Shown piece by piece: positions 1 to 9,935 of a DNA stretch of 64,000 bases. The DNA comes from Tamlana algarum (lineage in GTDB: Bacteria > Bacteroidota > Bacteroidia > Flavobacteriales > Flavobacteriaceae), in contig CANMAQ010000010.1 in NCBI GenBank assembly GCA_947495775.1, positions 22,693 to 86,692 of the forward strand. Direction: 5' to 3'. Numbering within the stretch: position 1 is the first letter of the stretch; every line of letters starts with the position of its first letter. Below the pieces are notes generated by a model that was not told where the DNA came from, did not search any database, and saw only the letters and a program-made list of their open reading frames with translations. The position numbers were made by a program, and so were the translations under genes.

Positions 1-1
1 G

Positions 2-1678
2 ATCTCAATTCAAATAAACACCAATACGAATTTAGGCTTAAAAAACACCTTTTTAGTAGTACACCAAAGAGGGCACTTGGTTTACGAAAAACTCCAAGAC
101 GAAGCCATTTCCTCTTATAAAATAGCATTAGATACCAAATTTTTACAAGATGGCGTAACTCATATTACACTATTTAATAATAGCGGAAAACCTGTATGTG
201 AAAGACTTGTATATGTAGACAATCCTGTTAACTCCGTAAAAGTGAATCTATCTATAGATAACAACACTCCCCACACAGAAGAAGATGTTCATATACAAAT
301 TGGGCTTAACGATCCTACGGGAACCCCTTTATATGGTAATCTTTCCATGTCTGTTACAGATATAGACGTTATAGATCATGATACTAAAAATGAAACTATT
401 AAAACCTATTTGCTCTTAAACTCAGATTTAAAAGGCACTATTGAAACTCCTGGTTATTTTTTTCAAAAAGAAAATGATTATAGAAGACGTTTTTTATTAG
501 ACCTATTAATGCTTACGCAAGGTTGGAGACGGTTTACTTGGCAAGAATTATTATACCAACAGACTACAAAAAACATAAACTTTGAAGCCGAAAAAGGCAT
601 TTATATTTCTGGGCGTACCACGGCATTAGGTGGTGGAAGACAACAGATCTCTGTTCCTACACGGTTAACTATTATGGGGAATACTCTACATCAAGAACGT
701 CAAACATCTAACACTAAGGGAGAGTTCAAATATGGACCGTTTATCTTTAGTGACACACTAAATATACTTTTAGAAGCCCGTAGAAATAGCTTCTCAAAAA
801 AAGACGCTCAAATAAAAACAAACAGAGATGTAACTATTTATTTAAACAACACCTTATCTAGCAGCCCAAAACTAAACGCAAGTTCTGCTTCTAACACATT
901 AATTTACAATGTATCTGACACCACTAAAATTACAAACTACCTAAAAACAGCCCAAAATAATGCAGTGTTTAGAGACGCTTTCTTAAAATCACAAGTACAG
1001 TTACAAGAGGTCATTATTAAAGCCAATAAAGCCTCAGTACAAGAAAAAAGAACACAAGAACTCAATGAAAAAACACTTTATGGAGTCCCTAACCAAAGAT
1101 TAGACTTGTCTGAAAATGAAACAAATCGTATTTACAACATTATAGATCTCTTAAACCAAATTCCTTCTGTACAAGCCAACAACGACCGAATATCTATTAG
1201 AGGGCAAGGCACGCCAGCCCTATTGTTAGATGGTTTTAATGTAGAATTTGATGCTATAGAATTTCTAACAGGAGAAGACATCGAATTTATAGATGTACTA
1301 GCAGGTCCTCGCGCTGCTTTTTTCAGAAATAGCGCTAATGGCGTTATCGCTATATATTCTAGAGAAGGAGGAATATCAAGCAATGCTAATATTAAACGTA
1401 AACCAGGTATTATAGATTTTACGGCTAATGGGTTCTATACGGCTAGAACATTTTACTCTGAAGGCAACAAGGAGTCTGACGATTTTTCTACAGCACCTCA
1501 AAAGATAAAAAGCACGCTTCATTGGGATCCTAAAATTGTATTATCCCCAGCTAACACAGGACAGGGTAAAACTACTTTTAAAACAACAAATCGCAAGAGT
1601 AATTATGCGATTAAAATTGAAGGTATTACAACAGAAGGTATTCCGTTTTTTCATTTTTCAACTATTCAAGTTGATTAA
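2..1678 (+). CDS. 5'-truncated Bacteroidota secreted protein with a macroglobulin-like region and a TonB plug-like domain, no beta-barrel visible
   Basis: The frame stays open from position 2 (ISIQINTNTNLGLKNTFLVVHQRGHLVYEK), so the start lies outside the window. Family-like motifs LLLNSDLKGTIETPGYFF, LDLLMLTQGWRRF, plug-like IEFIDVLAGPRAAFFRNSANGVIAIY, and C-terminal TLHWDP...IEGIT. Confidence 0.7.
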   Translation: MSIQINTNTNLGLKNTFLVVHQRGHLVYEKLQDEAISSYKIALDTKFLQDGVTHITLFNNSGKPVCERLVYVDNPVNSVKVNLSIDNNTPHTEEDVHIQIGLNDPTGTPLYGNLSMSVTDIDVIDHDTKNETIKTYLLLNSDLKGTIETPGYFFQKENDYRRRFLLDLLMLTQGWRRFTWQELLYQQTTKNINFEAEKGIYISGRTTALGGGRQQISVPTRLTIMGNTLHQERQTSNTKGEFKYGPFIFSDTLNILLEARRNSFSKKDAQIKTNRDVTIYLNNTLSSSPKLNASSASNTLIYNVSDTTKITNYLKTAQNNAVFRDAFLKSQVQLQEVIIKANKASVQEKRTQELNEKTLYGVPNQRLDLSENETNRIYNIIDLLNQIPSVQANNDRISIRGQGTPALLLDGFNVEFDAIEFLTGEDIEFIDVLAGPRAAFFRNSANGVIAIYSREGGISSNANIKRKPGIIDFTANGFYTARTFYSEGNKESDDFSTAPQKIKSTLHWDPKIVLSPANTGQGKTTFKTTNRKSNYAIKIEGITTEGIPFFHFSTIQVD

Positions 1679-1683
1679 GCTGC

Positions 1684-1953
1684 TTAGTTTGTATAAGGGT
1701 AAAAATACAATTCTAAACCTAAGAGCGTAATAAGTAATAATACAAACGTGACATCATGAACATACTTTAGTTTACTTTTTTCTGTAACGTGCCAATAGCC
1801 TATAGCAGATAAAATACCAGAAAACACGAATGATGGTATCGAAAGTATAAATATTAAAGAGGCACTCCCCCCTCTTATTGGGACAAAAAAGGTCATGATC
1901 AAAGTTAGTATTCCACTAATTATCAGGCACGATGTTCTTAATTTATGTTTCAT
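1684..1953 (-). CDS. small hypothetical membrane protein (about 3 TM segments)
   Basis: 89-aa ATG ORF with three hydrophobic stretches filling the gap between neighbours. Confidence 0.6.
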   Translation of the reverse strand: MKHKLRTSCLIISGILTLIMTFFVPIRGGSASLIFILSIPSFVFSGILSAIGYWHVTEKSKLKYVHDVTFVLLLITLLGLELYFYPYTN

Positions 1954-1967
1954 TCTAAATGAGTTTT

Positions 1968-1998
1968 AAAGCCTCATACATCGCTGTTATGAGGCTTT
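1968..1998 (-). terminator. intrinsic terminator downstream of yiaA
   Basis: AAAGCCTCATA-9 nt-TATGAGGCTTT inverted repeat with T/A runs on both sides. Confidence 0.6.
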
Positions 1999-2088
1999 TG
2001 GATACAACATGATATGACATAACCAACCATCAAAACGCTTTTAAGCTTTTGCTTTTCGTTTGCTTTGACTTCAATTTGTGTACATGGT

Positions 2089-2568
2089 TTATTTTGGTTC
2101 TAAATACCTGTCGATATATTGTATATCTCTAGTGTTTTTTTGCACTGCTATAGCAGAAAACAAGCTTAGTAGAAAAGCCAGCGCGTAAAACCCTTTTTCA
2201 CTCAGTTCTAAATCGGCATTCCATAAGCCTACAATAAGAAGTACTATAGATGTTAGTGTTGAAAACCAACTGATGCTATAATAAATATCTGTGACTGGTA
2301 TATGTTCTATTCTATCACGAACTGCTTTTTGTACAGATATCACAGAAAACAATCCAAAAAGTAAAAGTGTGAAATAATACCCCTTTTCATTTAATAACAT
2401 ATTAGCATTCCACAAGCCAATACAATAAGAAACCATTCCCACTAAAAGGGTAATCCATGACGCACTTACAAAAGCAGCTGTAGGCTTTTGGTCAAATACA
2501 TTTGTTTTTTCTATGTCGTGATGCTTATTCACATCTTCATCTGTAGATACTGTTGTTTGATAATTCAT
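2089..2568 (-). CDS. yiaA: inner membrane protein YiaA (two yiaA/B helix-pair repeats)
   Basis: Duplicated motif GLWNA..L.EKG(Y/F)Y...LL.LFS.I.VQK..RD. Confidence 0.85.
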   Translation of the reverse strand: MNYQTTVSTDEDVNKHHDIEKTNVFDQKPTAAFVSASWITLLVGMVSYCIGLWNANMLLNEKGYYFTLLLFGLFSVISVQKAVRDRIEHIPVTDIYYSISWFSTLTSIVLLIVGLWNADLELSEKGFYALAFLLSLFSAIAVQKNTRDIQYIDRYLEPK

Positions 2569-2718
2569 AGGTTTTGTTTTAATGATTATGGCACAAAATT
2601 GTACTATATCGGTTCATTATGCAATACTAATTTTTATAAAAACTGACGACTTATTTTATAAAAATTCATAGTTTTACTATATTTAATTGTATAACATCTA
2701 TTTTTTACTGACGATTTA

Positions 2719-4215
2719 ATGACTGATTTAAGACAAATAGTGACTTCATTTTCTAATGAAGAACACCACGAATTCATTGCTTTCTTAACTAAAAAAAACA
2801 AACGGTTAGATGTTAAAAACATACAACTCTTCAAGCTTTTACGCGATGATGCCTTAAGCTCTAAAGATATTTGCATGCATTTGTATGGGAAATCGCAAAC
2901 ACAAGCGTATTACGCGCTTCGCAAACGGCTATTTCAATCTATCATTCGCTTTTCTGCAAATGCAAGTTTAGAAGACGAAAGTTCTGTTCAAATGGAAATC
3001 ATTACTTATATTTTGGCTTCGCGCTCCCATTTACAACGCAAGCAATACGCTGTAGCATTCAACATCTTAAAAAAAGCAGAAACTATTGCCTTAGAACATC
3101 ATTTGTTCGCTTTACTAAATGAAATCTACACAACTCAAATTCAGTATGCCTATACCTACCCTAATAGTGCTCTAGACACACTTATTCATAAACTTGAGGC
3201 TAATAAAAAAAAACAGCTTCTGGAAGAACAGTTAAATACGGTCTATGCTAAAATGCGGTATGAATTAGCGCGTAACCAAACCTCTAACTTTCAAACTATT
3301 TTCACAAAAACAATAGCGACATATGGTAATAATATTATAAACCAATTGTCATTTAAAGCGCTATACCAACTTACCTCCATTGCCAGCATATCGGCTTTTG
3401 CTACAAAAAAGTATCTGCAAATAGAACCTTTTTTAATAAACACCTACACCACTATACTCGCTAATAATAGTAAGGACTCTCAACCTTTTTTCCACATTCA
3501 AATGCTGTATTATATCGCCAATACGCTATTCCGAAATAAAAAATTTAAAGCCTCTCATACCTTTTTGGAAACGATGTATGTATACATGTTAAAACACAAA
3601 AAGAAATATTACAACACCTTTCAATTAAAATACAACTTATTACTAGCCTTAAATTACAATTACACCAATCAACAACCTAAAGCCATCCTTACATTACAAC
3701 CACTTACGTTATCGAAACATAGAGACACTGAAACTGCTTTAGACATCCAATTGTGCTTAATGATGTTTTTCTTTCAAAATAATGCGTTTAAAAAAGCGCA
3801 CCATATTCTCTCTCAATTTCGTCATAGTGACAGATGGTATAAAGACAAAGCTGGAATAGAATGGGTGATAAAAAAGAACCTTATAGAAATTCTTCTTTAC
3901 ATGGAGTTACAAGATGTAGATCTTGTGGCCTCTCGTCTATTACGTTTCAAAAGGCAGTATTATACTTATTTAAAATCCATATACCAAGAACGCGTTATTG
4001 TTTTTGTTGAACTCATAAAGACCTGTTTCGATACCCCAGAAATTATAAATTCTAATGCTTTTAAGCAACGCGTTAGCGCCTCTTTTAATTTCGTAGAAGC
4101 GCAGCAAGAGGATATTTTCGTTATGAGTTTCTATGCCTGGCTAAAAGCTAAAATGCATACAACACCTTTATATACAACTACACTAGAAATGCTACAAAAC
4201 GCCAGTACAGCTTAA
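2719..4215 (+). CDS. conserved Bacteroidota-type ~500 aa all-helical hypothetical protein (TPR-like; possible regulator)
   Basis: 498-aa ORF with no signal peptide and amphipathic helical repeats; divergent from yiaA. Confidence 0.75.
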   Translation: MTDLRQIVTSFSNEEHHEFIAFLTKKNKRLDVKNIQLFKLLRDDALSSKDICMHLYGKSQTQAYYALRKRLFQSIIRFSANASLEDESSVQMEIITYILASRSHLQRKQYAVAFNILKKAETIALEHHLFALLNEIYTTQIQYAYTYPNSALDTLIHKLEANKKKQLLEEQLNTVYAKMRYELARNQTSNFQTIFTKTIATYGNNIINQLSFKALYQLTSIASISAFATKKYLQIEPFLINTYTTILANNSKDSQPFFHIQMLYYIANTLFRNKKFKASHTFLETMYVYMLKHKKKYYNTFQLKYNLLLALNYNYTNQQPKAILTLQPLTLSKHRDTETALDIQLCLMMFFFQNNAFKKAHHILSQFRHSDRWYKDKAGIEWVIKKNLIEILLYMELQDVDLVASRLLRFKRQYYTYLKSIYQERVIVFVELIKTCFDTPEIINSNAFKQRVSASFNFVEAQQEDIFVMSFYAWLKAKMHTTPLYTTTLEMLQNASTA

Positions 4216-4277
4216 CGTATACTTTAGCACTTTACTCTTATAAAACGTTAACATTCTGTTAAATGCGCTTACCGTTT

Positions 4278-4305
4278 TAAACCTAACAGGTTTTGTGTGG
4301 TCTTA
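4278..4305 (+). promoter_or_regulatory. candidate ECF-sigma promoter TAAAC-N16-GGTCTTA
   Basis: Same motif and 16-nt spacing as the element upstream of the GLPGLI gene (62153-62179); resembles the generic ECF AAC...CGT pattern. Confidence 0.45.
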
Positions 4306-4333
4306 GATATGAAATCAAAACCATTTAAACATT

Positions 4334-4774
4334 ATGAAATATTTATTAGTCATTGCAATAGCACTTTTCTCAACTCAAGCATCTATAGCGCAGCATCATA
4401 AAGGCAAAAAAGGGATGAATTTTTCACCAGAAGACATTGCCTCTATAAAGACAAAAAAAATGACCCTTGCCTTAGATTTAACAGCATCGCAGCAAGATGC
4501 GATTTACAATTTAAATTTAGAACATGTTAAAAACAGAAAAGCAGAAGTAGCCGCAAGAAAAGCGCAAAAAGAAAATGGAGAGGGCAAAGCGCTTACAAAA
4601 GAAGATCGCGTTGCGCGTATCCATAAAGCCTTAGACCGTAAAATTGCAGCTAAAGCAAAATTAAAAACCATATTAAATAAAGCGCAGTATACAAAATGGG
4701 AAACCTTACAGGCTAAAAGATATGCTAAATCTAGAAAACATAACGACAAAAGAGGCCATCAACATAAAGCATAA
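4334..4774 (+). CDS. secreted Spy/CpxP-like helical periplasmic protein
   Basis: Signal peptide (TQASIA|Q), MTLALDLTASQQ and ILNKAQYTKW motifs resembling LTXXQ repeats, basic tail. Confidence 0.65.
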   Translation: MKYLLVIAIALFSTQASIAQHHKGKKGMNFSPEDIASIKTKKMTLALDLTASQQDAIYNLNLEHVKNRKAEVAARKAQKENGEGKALTKEDRVARIHKALDRKIAAKAKLKTILNKAQYTKWETLQAKRYAKSRKHNDKRGHQHKA

Positions 4775-4817
4775 TACATTCCAGCTTCAAGTGATGAGGT
4801 GATTTTTTTAGTTCGTC

Positions 4818-4845
4818 AAGGGCACCGTTATAAAACGGTGCCTTT
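4818..4845. terminator. bidirectional intrinsic terminator
   Basis: GGCACCGTT-ATAA-AACGGTGCC stem between convergent genes. Confidence 0.7.
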
Positions 4846-4861
4846 GTATATCTAATACCGC

Positions 4862-6148
4862 CTACAAGTTTTTAGATACGTCAGCGATAGCTCGAATTGT
4901 AAAATCTAAATCTTCATAACTCAAAGCATCTGTAATAAACCATGTTTCGAAAGCACTTGGTGCGATATATACACCTGCTTTTAACAAGCCGTGAAAAAAG
5001 CTTTTAAACGTTTCATTATTCCCCTTTGCAGACGTCTCAAAATCGCACACTTCACCTTCAGCAAAATGAACAGAAATCATAGATCCTACACGGTTAATGG
5101 TATGCACTACACCATTAGATGTTAACACCTTAGAGATGCCTTCATGTAAATATTTTGTTTTAGCTTCTAAACGCTCAAAAAGCGTAGTGTCTGTATGTAG
5201 TGCTGTTAACATTGCCAAACCAGCAGCCATCGCTAATGGATTCCCACTAAGTGTCCCCGCCTGATAAACAGGACCTAGAGGCGCTAAATGATTCATGATT
5301 TCTTGCCGTGCGGCAAAAGCACCAACAGGAAGCCCGCCTCCTATAACTTTACCAAAACACACGATATCTGCAGCGACACCATATAATTCTTGAGCGCCCC
5401 CTTTAGCTAAACGAAAGCCAGTCATAACCTCATCAAATACCAATACAACATTATGCGCATCGCAAATAACCCTTAAAGCTTTTAAAAAATTCTCTTTAGG
5501 GGGAATACATCCCATATTACCTGCTACTGGCTCTATTATAACACAAGCAATCTCTCCTGTATTCGCTTCAAAAAGTGCTTTAACGCTATCTATGTCATTA
5601 TAGGTTGCTAATAGCGTATCTTGTGCGGTTCCTTTAGTAACTCCAGGACTATTTGGCGTTCCAAAAGTACTAGCACCACTACCTGCTTGAATTAAAAACG
5701 AATCGGAATGGCCGTGGTAACAGCCTGCAAATTTTATAATTTTATCTTTTCCCGTATAGCCTCTTGCCAAGCGAATAGCACTCATACAAGCTTCAGTTCC
5801 TGAATTTACAAAACGAATTTTATCGATGTTGGGAACCATATCTACTGCTAAGGCAGCGATTTGCGTTTCAATTTCAGTAGGCATTCCAAAAGAAGTTCCT
5901 TTTTTCGCTTTTTCAACGACAGCATCTACTACAGGTGCATAGGCATGACCTAAAATCATTGGCCCCCAAGAATTGATATAATCAATTAAACGGTTACCAT
6001 CTTCATCATACAAATAAGCACCCTTAGCTTCTTTTACAAAAATAGGCGTGCCGCCTACACCTTTAAATGCTCTTACTGGAGAATTGACGCCTCCGGGGAT
6101 AACCTTTTCTGCTGCTGCGAATAATGCGCTGCTACGTTTGTATATCAT
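4862..6148 (-). CDS. hemL: glutamate-1-semialdehyde 2,1-aminomutase
   Basis: [37 protein letters not shown] lysine in [13 protein letters not shown]. Confidence 0.97.
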   Translation of the reverse strand: MIYKRSSALFAAAEKVIPGGVNSPVRAFKGVGGTPIFVKEAKGAYLYDEDGNRLIDYINSWGPMILGHAYAPVVDAVVEKAKKGTSFGMPTEIETQIAALAVDMVPNIDKIRFVNSGTEACMSAIRLARGYTGKDKIIKFAGCYHGHSDSFLIQAGSGASTFGTPNSPGVTKGTAQDTLLATYNDIDSVKALFEANTGEIACVIIEPVAGNMGCIPPKENFLKALRVICDAHNVVLVFDEVMTGFRLAKGGAQELYGVAADIVCFGKVIGGGLPVGAFAARQEIMNHLAPLGPVYQAGTLSGNPLAMAAGLAMLTALHTDTTLFERLEAKTKYLHEGISKVLTSNGVVHTINRVGSMISVHFAEGEVCDFETSAKGNNETFKSFFHGLLKAGVYIAPSAFETWFITDALSYEDLDFTIRAIADVSKNL

Positions 6149-6156
6149 TTTACGTT

Positions 6157-6951
6157 TTATTTTATCTTAAGTACCTGCCCTAAAGAAAGTGCTGTACCAT
6201 TTATATTATTATGTTTTTGTATCTGCTCTACTGTCGTTTTGTAGCGTTTAGATATGCTGTATAAGGTATCCCCTTTTTTAACAACATGTACCACGCCAGA
6301 ATGTTTTATTTCAGGCTTGTTTTCAGGTCTAGAAATAGGCCCTCCAAGGACTTCATCATCATAACGGTACAACTGATAGCGTTCTATAAGTGCAATAAGT
6401 TTTTGTGGGTATTTTGGATCTGTAGCATAACCTGCCGCTCTCAATCCCTTAGCCCAACCTTTATAATTACTTATACTTAAATCGAATAAAGCAGCATAGC
6501 GCTTTCTCCCACTTAAAAATGTAGAATGGTCTCTAAATGAATATTTAGGATCGTTGTACTTCCTAAAACATTCTCCTTTTTTATCATCATCATGATAAAT
6601 TCTAGCTCCAGTCCAACTATGGCATTTAATACCAAAATGATTATTCGCTTTAACAGAAAGACGCCCTTTACCTGAAGCTGATTCTAAAATACCCTGTGCC
6701 AGCGTAATACTTGCAGGAATATTATACAAGGCCATTTCTTTTTGGGCAATTGTTTTATAGGTCTCTATATATAACGTTGTAGCATTACCTCCTGTTCGTG
6801 GCTTAGATACTACTGGCGCTGTTGTTGGCCTTTGTTTCTCTATCACAACTTTAGGCGTATGTCTTGGTGTACTTTTTCTAGTCACCACCTTCTTAGACCC
6901 ACAATTGCAGACGCTTAAACCGATTAAAAATACGATAAATATACGCTTCAT
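6157..6951 (-). CDS. glucosaminidase (GH73) + LysM lipoprotein, peptidoglycan hydrolase
   Basis: [27 protein letters not shown]-terminal [16 protein letters not shown] LysM. Confidence 0.92.
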   Translation of the reverse strand: MKRIFIVFLIGLSVCNCGSKKVVTRKSTPRHTPKVVIEKQRPTTAPVVSKPRTGGNATTLYIETYKTIAQKEMALYNIPASITLAQGILESASGKGRLSVKANNHFGIKCHSWTGARIYHDDDKKGECFRKYNDPKYSFRDHSTFLSGRKRYAALFDLSISNYKGWAKGLRAAGYATDPKYPQKLIALIERYQLYRYDDEVLGGPISRPENKPEIKHSGVVHVVKKGDTLYSISKRYKTTVEQIQKHNNINGTALSLGQVLKIK

Positions 6952-7865
6952 TAGACTTGTATTAATGGTAAATTTTTATTTTTCAAAACGCTATTCATCC
7001 CTGCTATACCTTGCAAACCGCCTGTATGCACTGCTAGTATTTTAGCCCCATTGGGAAAATAACCTTTTTGTATTAAATCGTAAATTCCAAACATCATTTT
7101 ACCCGTATATACGGGATCTAAAGAAATGCCATGCTGGGATTTAAATGTATTTATAAAATGAATTAATTCTGCATTTAATTTTGCATAACCACCAAAATGG
7201 TAATCCTCAACCAACTGCCAATTAGATTGCTTGGCAAATTTACTAATATCTTCATGTAAAAACGAACCTTTTAAAGCAGGAAATCCTAAAATTTGTTGCT
7301 TGGGCAATGCGCCATTTATAAGTCCAGAAATAGTGCCTCCTGTGCCAACTGCACAGCATACAAAATCATAGTTAGAATCGGCATCTGTTAAAATTTCTTC
7401 GCAGCCTTTAACGGCTAAGGCATTCGTTCCTCCTTCTGGAATAAGGTAAAACGCATCATATGTTTTTTCTAAGGCACTTAAAAACGCATCTGATGTTTTA
7501 TTACGATAGTCTGTTCGGCTTACAAATTTAAACTGCATGCCATTTGTTTTTGCAAACCGAAGTGTGGTATTTTTTTCTACTTTATCATGAAGTTCTTCTC
7601 CCCTTATCACACCTACCGTTTTAAAACCATAGATGTGTCCTGCCATAGCAACTGCTGCTATATGATTAGAATAAGCCCCTCCAAATGTTAGCAATGTTTT
7701 AGCGCCTTGCGCTTTTGCTTTGATAAGATTGTATTTTAACTTTCTATACTTATTCCCAGAGACAAACTCATGCAACATGTCTTCACGCTTTAAAGCGAGC
7801 TTAACACTACTTTTAAACGGCAAACTCACCGCTTGAGTAATTACTGGTTTTGCATTAAACTTCAT
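6951..7865 (-). CDS. ACC deaminase / D-cysteine desulfhydrase family PLP enzyme
   Basis: LKRED...SGNKYRKL, TFGGAYSNH, CAVGTGGT, LDPVYTGK, HTGGLQG. Confidence 0.92.
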   Translation of the reverse strand: MKFNAKPVITQAVSLPFKSSVKLALKREDMLHEFVSGNKYRKLKYNLIKAKAQGAKTLLTFGGAYSNHIAAVAMAGHIYGFKTVGVIRGEELHDKVEKNTTLRFAKTNGMQFKFVSRTDYRNKTSDAFLSALEKTYDAFYLIPEGGTNALAVKGCEEILTDADSNYDFVCCAVGTGGTISGLINGALPKQQILGFPALKGSFLHEDISKFAKQSNWQLVEDYHFGGYAKLNAELIHFINTFKSQHGISLDPVYTGKMMFGIYDLIQKGYFPNGAKILAVHTGGLQGIAGMNSVLKNKNLPLIQV

Positions 7866-8193
7866 GACTGCGAATATACTTTAAAAAGCTCCAAAAATTA
7901 CGTTGCTCCAAATACGTCAAATCCGTTTCTTTAGCGTAAGCTTCGCGCTCAAAAGATAGCGTTCTGTACGCTTTTTGCCATTGTCTATGCCAACATAATC
8001 GTAATATAAACTCTAAAACATACCAAAGATAAAACCCGACAATAAGAAGTTCTAACTGTTGCTTTAAATGTATCCTCTCATGATTTATAATCGTTTTATT
8101 TTGTTTTAAAGTCTCTTGAGACAAAAAAATAAAAGGATATAATGCAAGTCCTAGATACCCTTTAGGTACGAGATATTTTGAAATGATAAGCAT
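7855..8193 (-). CDS. conserved hypothetical protein with an HExxH-like motif (INHERIH)
   Basis: ATG at 8193 (MLIISKYL) preferred over the GTG at 8217; LYPFIF, HERIHLKQQ, SFEREAY. Confidence 0.75.
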   Translation of the reverse strand: MLIISKYLVPKGYLGLALYPFIFLSQETLKQNKTIINHERIHLKQQLELLIVGFYLWYVLEFILRLCWHRQWQKAYRTLSFEREAYAKETDLTYLEQRNFWSFLKYIRSHEV

Positions 8194-8229
8194 AGTAACC
8201 TCTACTTCAAAAACCACTCCAATTTACTT

Positions 8230-8237
8230 TATCTTTG
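8230..8237 (+). promoter_or_regulatory. Bacteroidota sigma70 -7 box TATCTTTG
   Basis: Exact TAnnTTTG match upstream of the small Cys-rich ORF. Confidence 0.55.
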
Positions 8238-8292
8238 TAAAAACAAACGCTCTCTACTTTTTTGTATTGAGATTATCCAAGATCTAACATAC

Positions 8293-8457
8293 GTGAAAAA
8301 AAATATAACACCAGAAGCAGGAGACTATTACCTAACGCCTGAAGGGTACCGCTGTTTTACAGAACAGTACCATTTAAAACGCGGTTACTGTTGTGAAAGT
8401 GGGTGCAGGCACTGCCCTTATGGTTATAATAAAAAGACAAATTCTATAAAAAAATAG
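8293..8457 (+). CDS. DUF5522-type small Cys/His-rich protein (54 aa, absent from the ORF track)
   Basis: GTG start; MKKNITPEAGDYYLTPEGYRCFTEQYHLKRGYCCESGCRHCPYGYNKKTNSIKK; TAG at 8455-8457. Confidence 0.85.
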   Translation: MKKNITPEAGDYYLTPEGYRCFTEQYHLKRGYCCESGCRHCPYGYNKKTNSIKK

Positions 8458-8544
8458 TTTGATTTTATGGTATGGTTATTGATACTTAATACGTTATAAA
8501 CGCTGACTGTATTTTCTAGACTTTTAATATTAAAGTAAAACCCT

Positions 8545-9123
8545 ATGGCTATGAAAAAATTATCAAAAATGATGGCGCTTTTAGCATTACTAATTGTCGT
8601 GACATCTTGTTCCTCTGTTCGTGTATCTTCCGATTATGATAGAAAGGCAAATTTTGAAACCTTAAAAACCTTTGCTTTTTTTAAAACAGGTATTGACAAA
8701 GCAGAAATTAGCGACTTAGACAAACGTAGAATTCTACGAGCTATCGAAGCTGAAATGCTTGCCAAAGGCTTTACCAAGTCTGAAAATCCAGATATTTTGG
8801 TAAGCATATTTACAAAATCCAACCAACGTGTTGATGTCTACAACAACTCTTGGGGCTTTGGCGGTTGGGGCTGGGGCGGTTTCGGTCCCTGGGGTGGCTT
8901 TGGTCCTAGATGGGGCTGGGGATTTAACCAACCCGCTGTATCCACAAATGTAGAAGGTATATTATTTATAGACTTAGTACATACCTCTAAAAAAGAATTG
9001 ATCTGGCAGGGCAAAGGCACTGGCTATTTAACAGATAACGTTGAAAAGAAAGAGGAACGCATTAAAGAATTTGTGTCTAAAATAATGGCACAATACCCAC
9101 CGCAAATAGCAGCGGTTAAGTAA
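8545..9123 (+). CDS. DUF4136 family lipoprotein
   Basis: Lipobox VTSC, SDYD..ANF, G/W-rich middle, EGILFIDLV...LIWQG. Confidence 0.88.
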   Translation: MAMKKLSKMMALLALLIVVTSCSSVRVSSDYDRKANFETLKTFAFFKTGIDKAEISDLDKRRILRAIEAEMLAKGFTKSENPDILVSIFTKSNQRVDVYNNSWGFGGWGWGGFGPWGGFGPRWGWGFNQPAVSTNVEGILFIDLVHTSKKELIWQGKGTGYLTDNVEKKEERIKEFVSKIMAQYPPQIAAVK

Positions 9124-9126
9124 ACT

Positions 9127-9157
9127 AAAAAAGCGACTTTAAGAAGTCGCTTTTTTT
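9127..9157. terminator. bidirectional intrinsic terminator
   Basis: AAAAAAGCGACTT-TAAG-AAGTCGCTTTTTT between convergent genes. Confidence 0.85.
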
Positions 9158-9159
9158 AG

Positions 9160-9786
9160 TTAATTCATTTTTATAGTCAAGTTATCATATGAATCGGATT
9201 TAATTCCTAACAAACCATATTTAACGTCTCCCTTCTTTATCGTTTCTCCGTAAATGTTATTCCTTAACATTTCTTCTTTAAATTTGGTATTAGCCGTTCC
9301 TGCTACAATGATATTCGTAGCTGCTAAAGCAGGTCCAATGACCAACCCTATAGGAGTAGAACTTGTTTCTGTTAGCTGTCTTCCACCAACATTAGTTGAT
9401 GTTGTACTATTAAATTGCATTGGTGTTAACAATAAATAAAATAAATGAAAAGCCCCTTTTTGCTTTAACGCATTAAATGTTTGGTCAACATCTAAAACTT
9501 CTACAGCATTTCCATTGCCGTAAATAATTTCAAAATCCTTACCAAAAATCAAATCTTTATCAGACGTATTTGTAAATTTTACAGCGACTAATTTCACTCC
9601 TTTTTTAAGTTGCTTTCTGGCGTATTTTTTTGACAAGACATCAAATTTATACTGAAACACAAGATCACCTTCTTTAACCTGTGATTTGTAATCAACCGTT
9701 GTTGGATGTACAGGTTTGTACCCCGACGCACAGCTTAACATGAACATCATACCTATTACAACGACTCCATACTTTATAAAACTCAT
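9160..9786 (-). CDS. hypothetical lipoprotein
   Basis: Lipobox MLSC at residue 19, with an internal hydrophobic hairpin. Confidence 0.75.
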   Translation of the reverse strand: MSFIKYGVVVIGMMFMLSCASGYKPVHPTTVDYKSQVKEGDLVFQYKFDVLSKKYARKQLKKGVKLVAVKFTNTSDKDLIFGKDFEIIYGNGNAVEVLDVDQTFNALKQKGAFHLFYLLLTPMQFNSTTSTNVGGRQLTETSSTPIGLVIGPALAATNIIVAGTANTKFKEEMLRNNIYGETIKKGDVKYGLLGIKSDSYDNLTIKMN

Positions 9787-9935
9787 ATAATCTCTATTAA
9801 ATTAGCTTCGAAACTAAATCTTCATCAAAATAAACAACACTATAATCGTTAGAACTCTTTTTTCCTCGTTAACGCAAAACACAACATCTATAACAATCCA
9901 ATACCTACGAAAAGCAATTCATGCTCTTTAAGACA

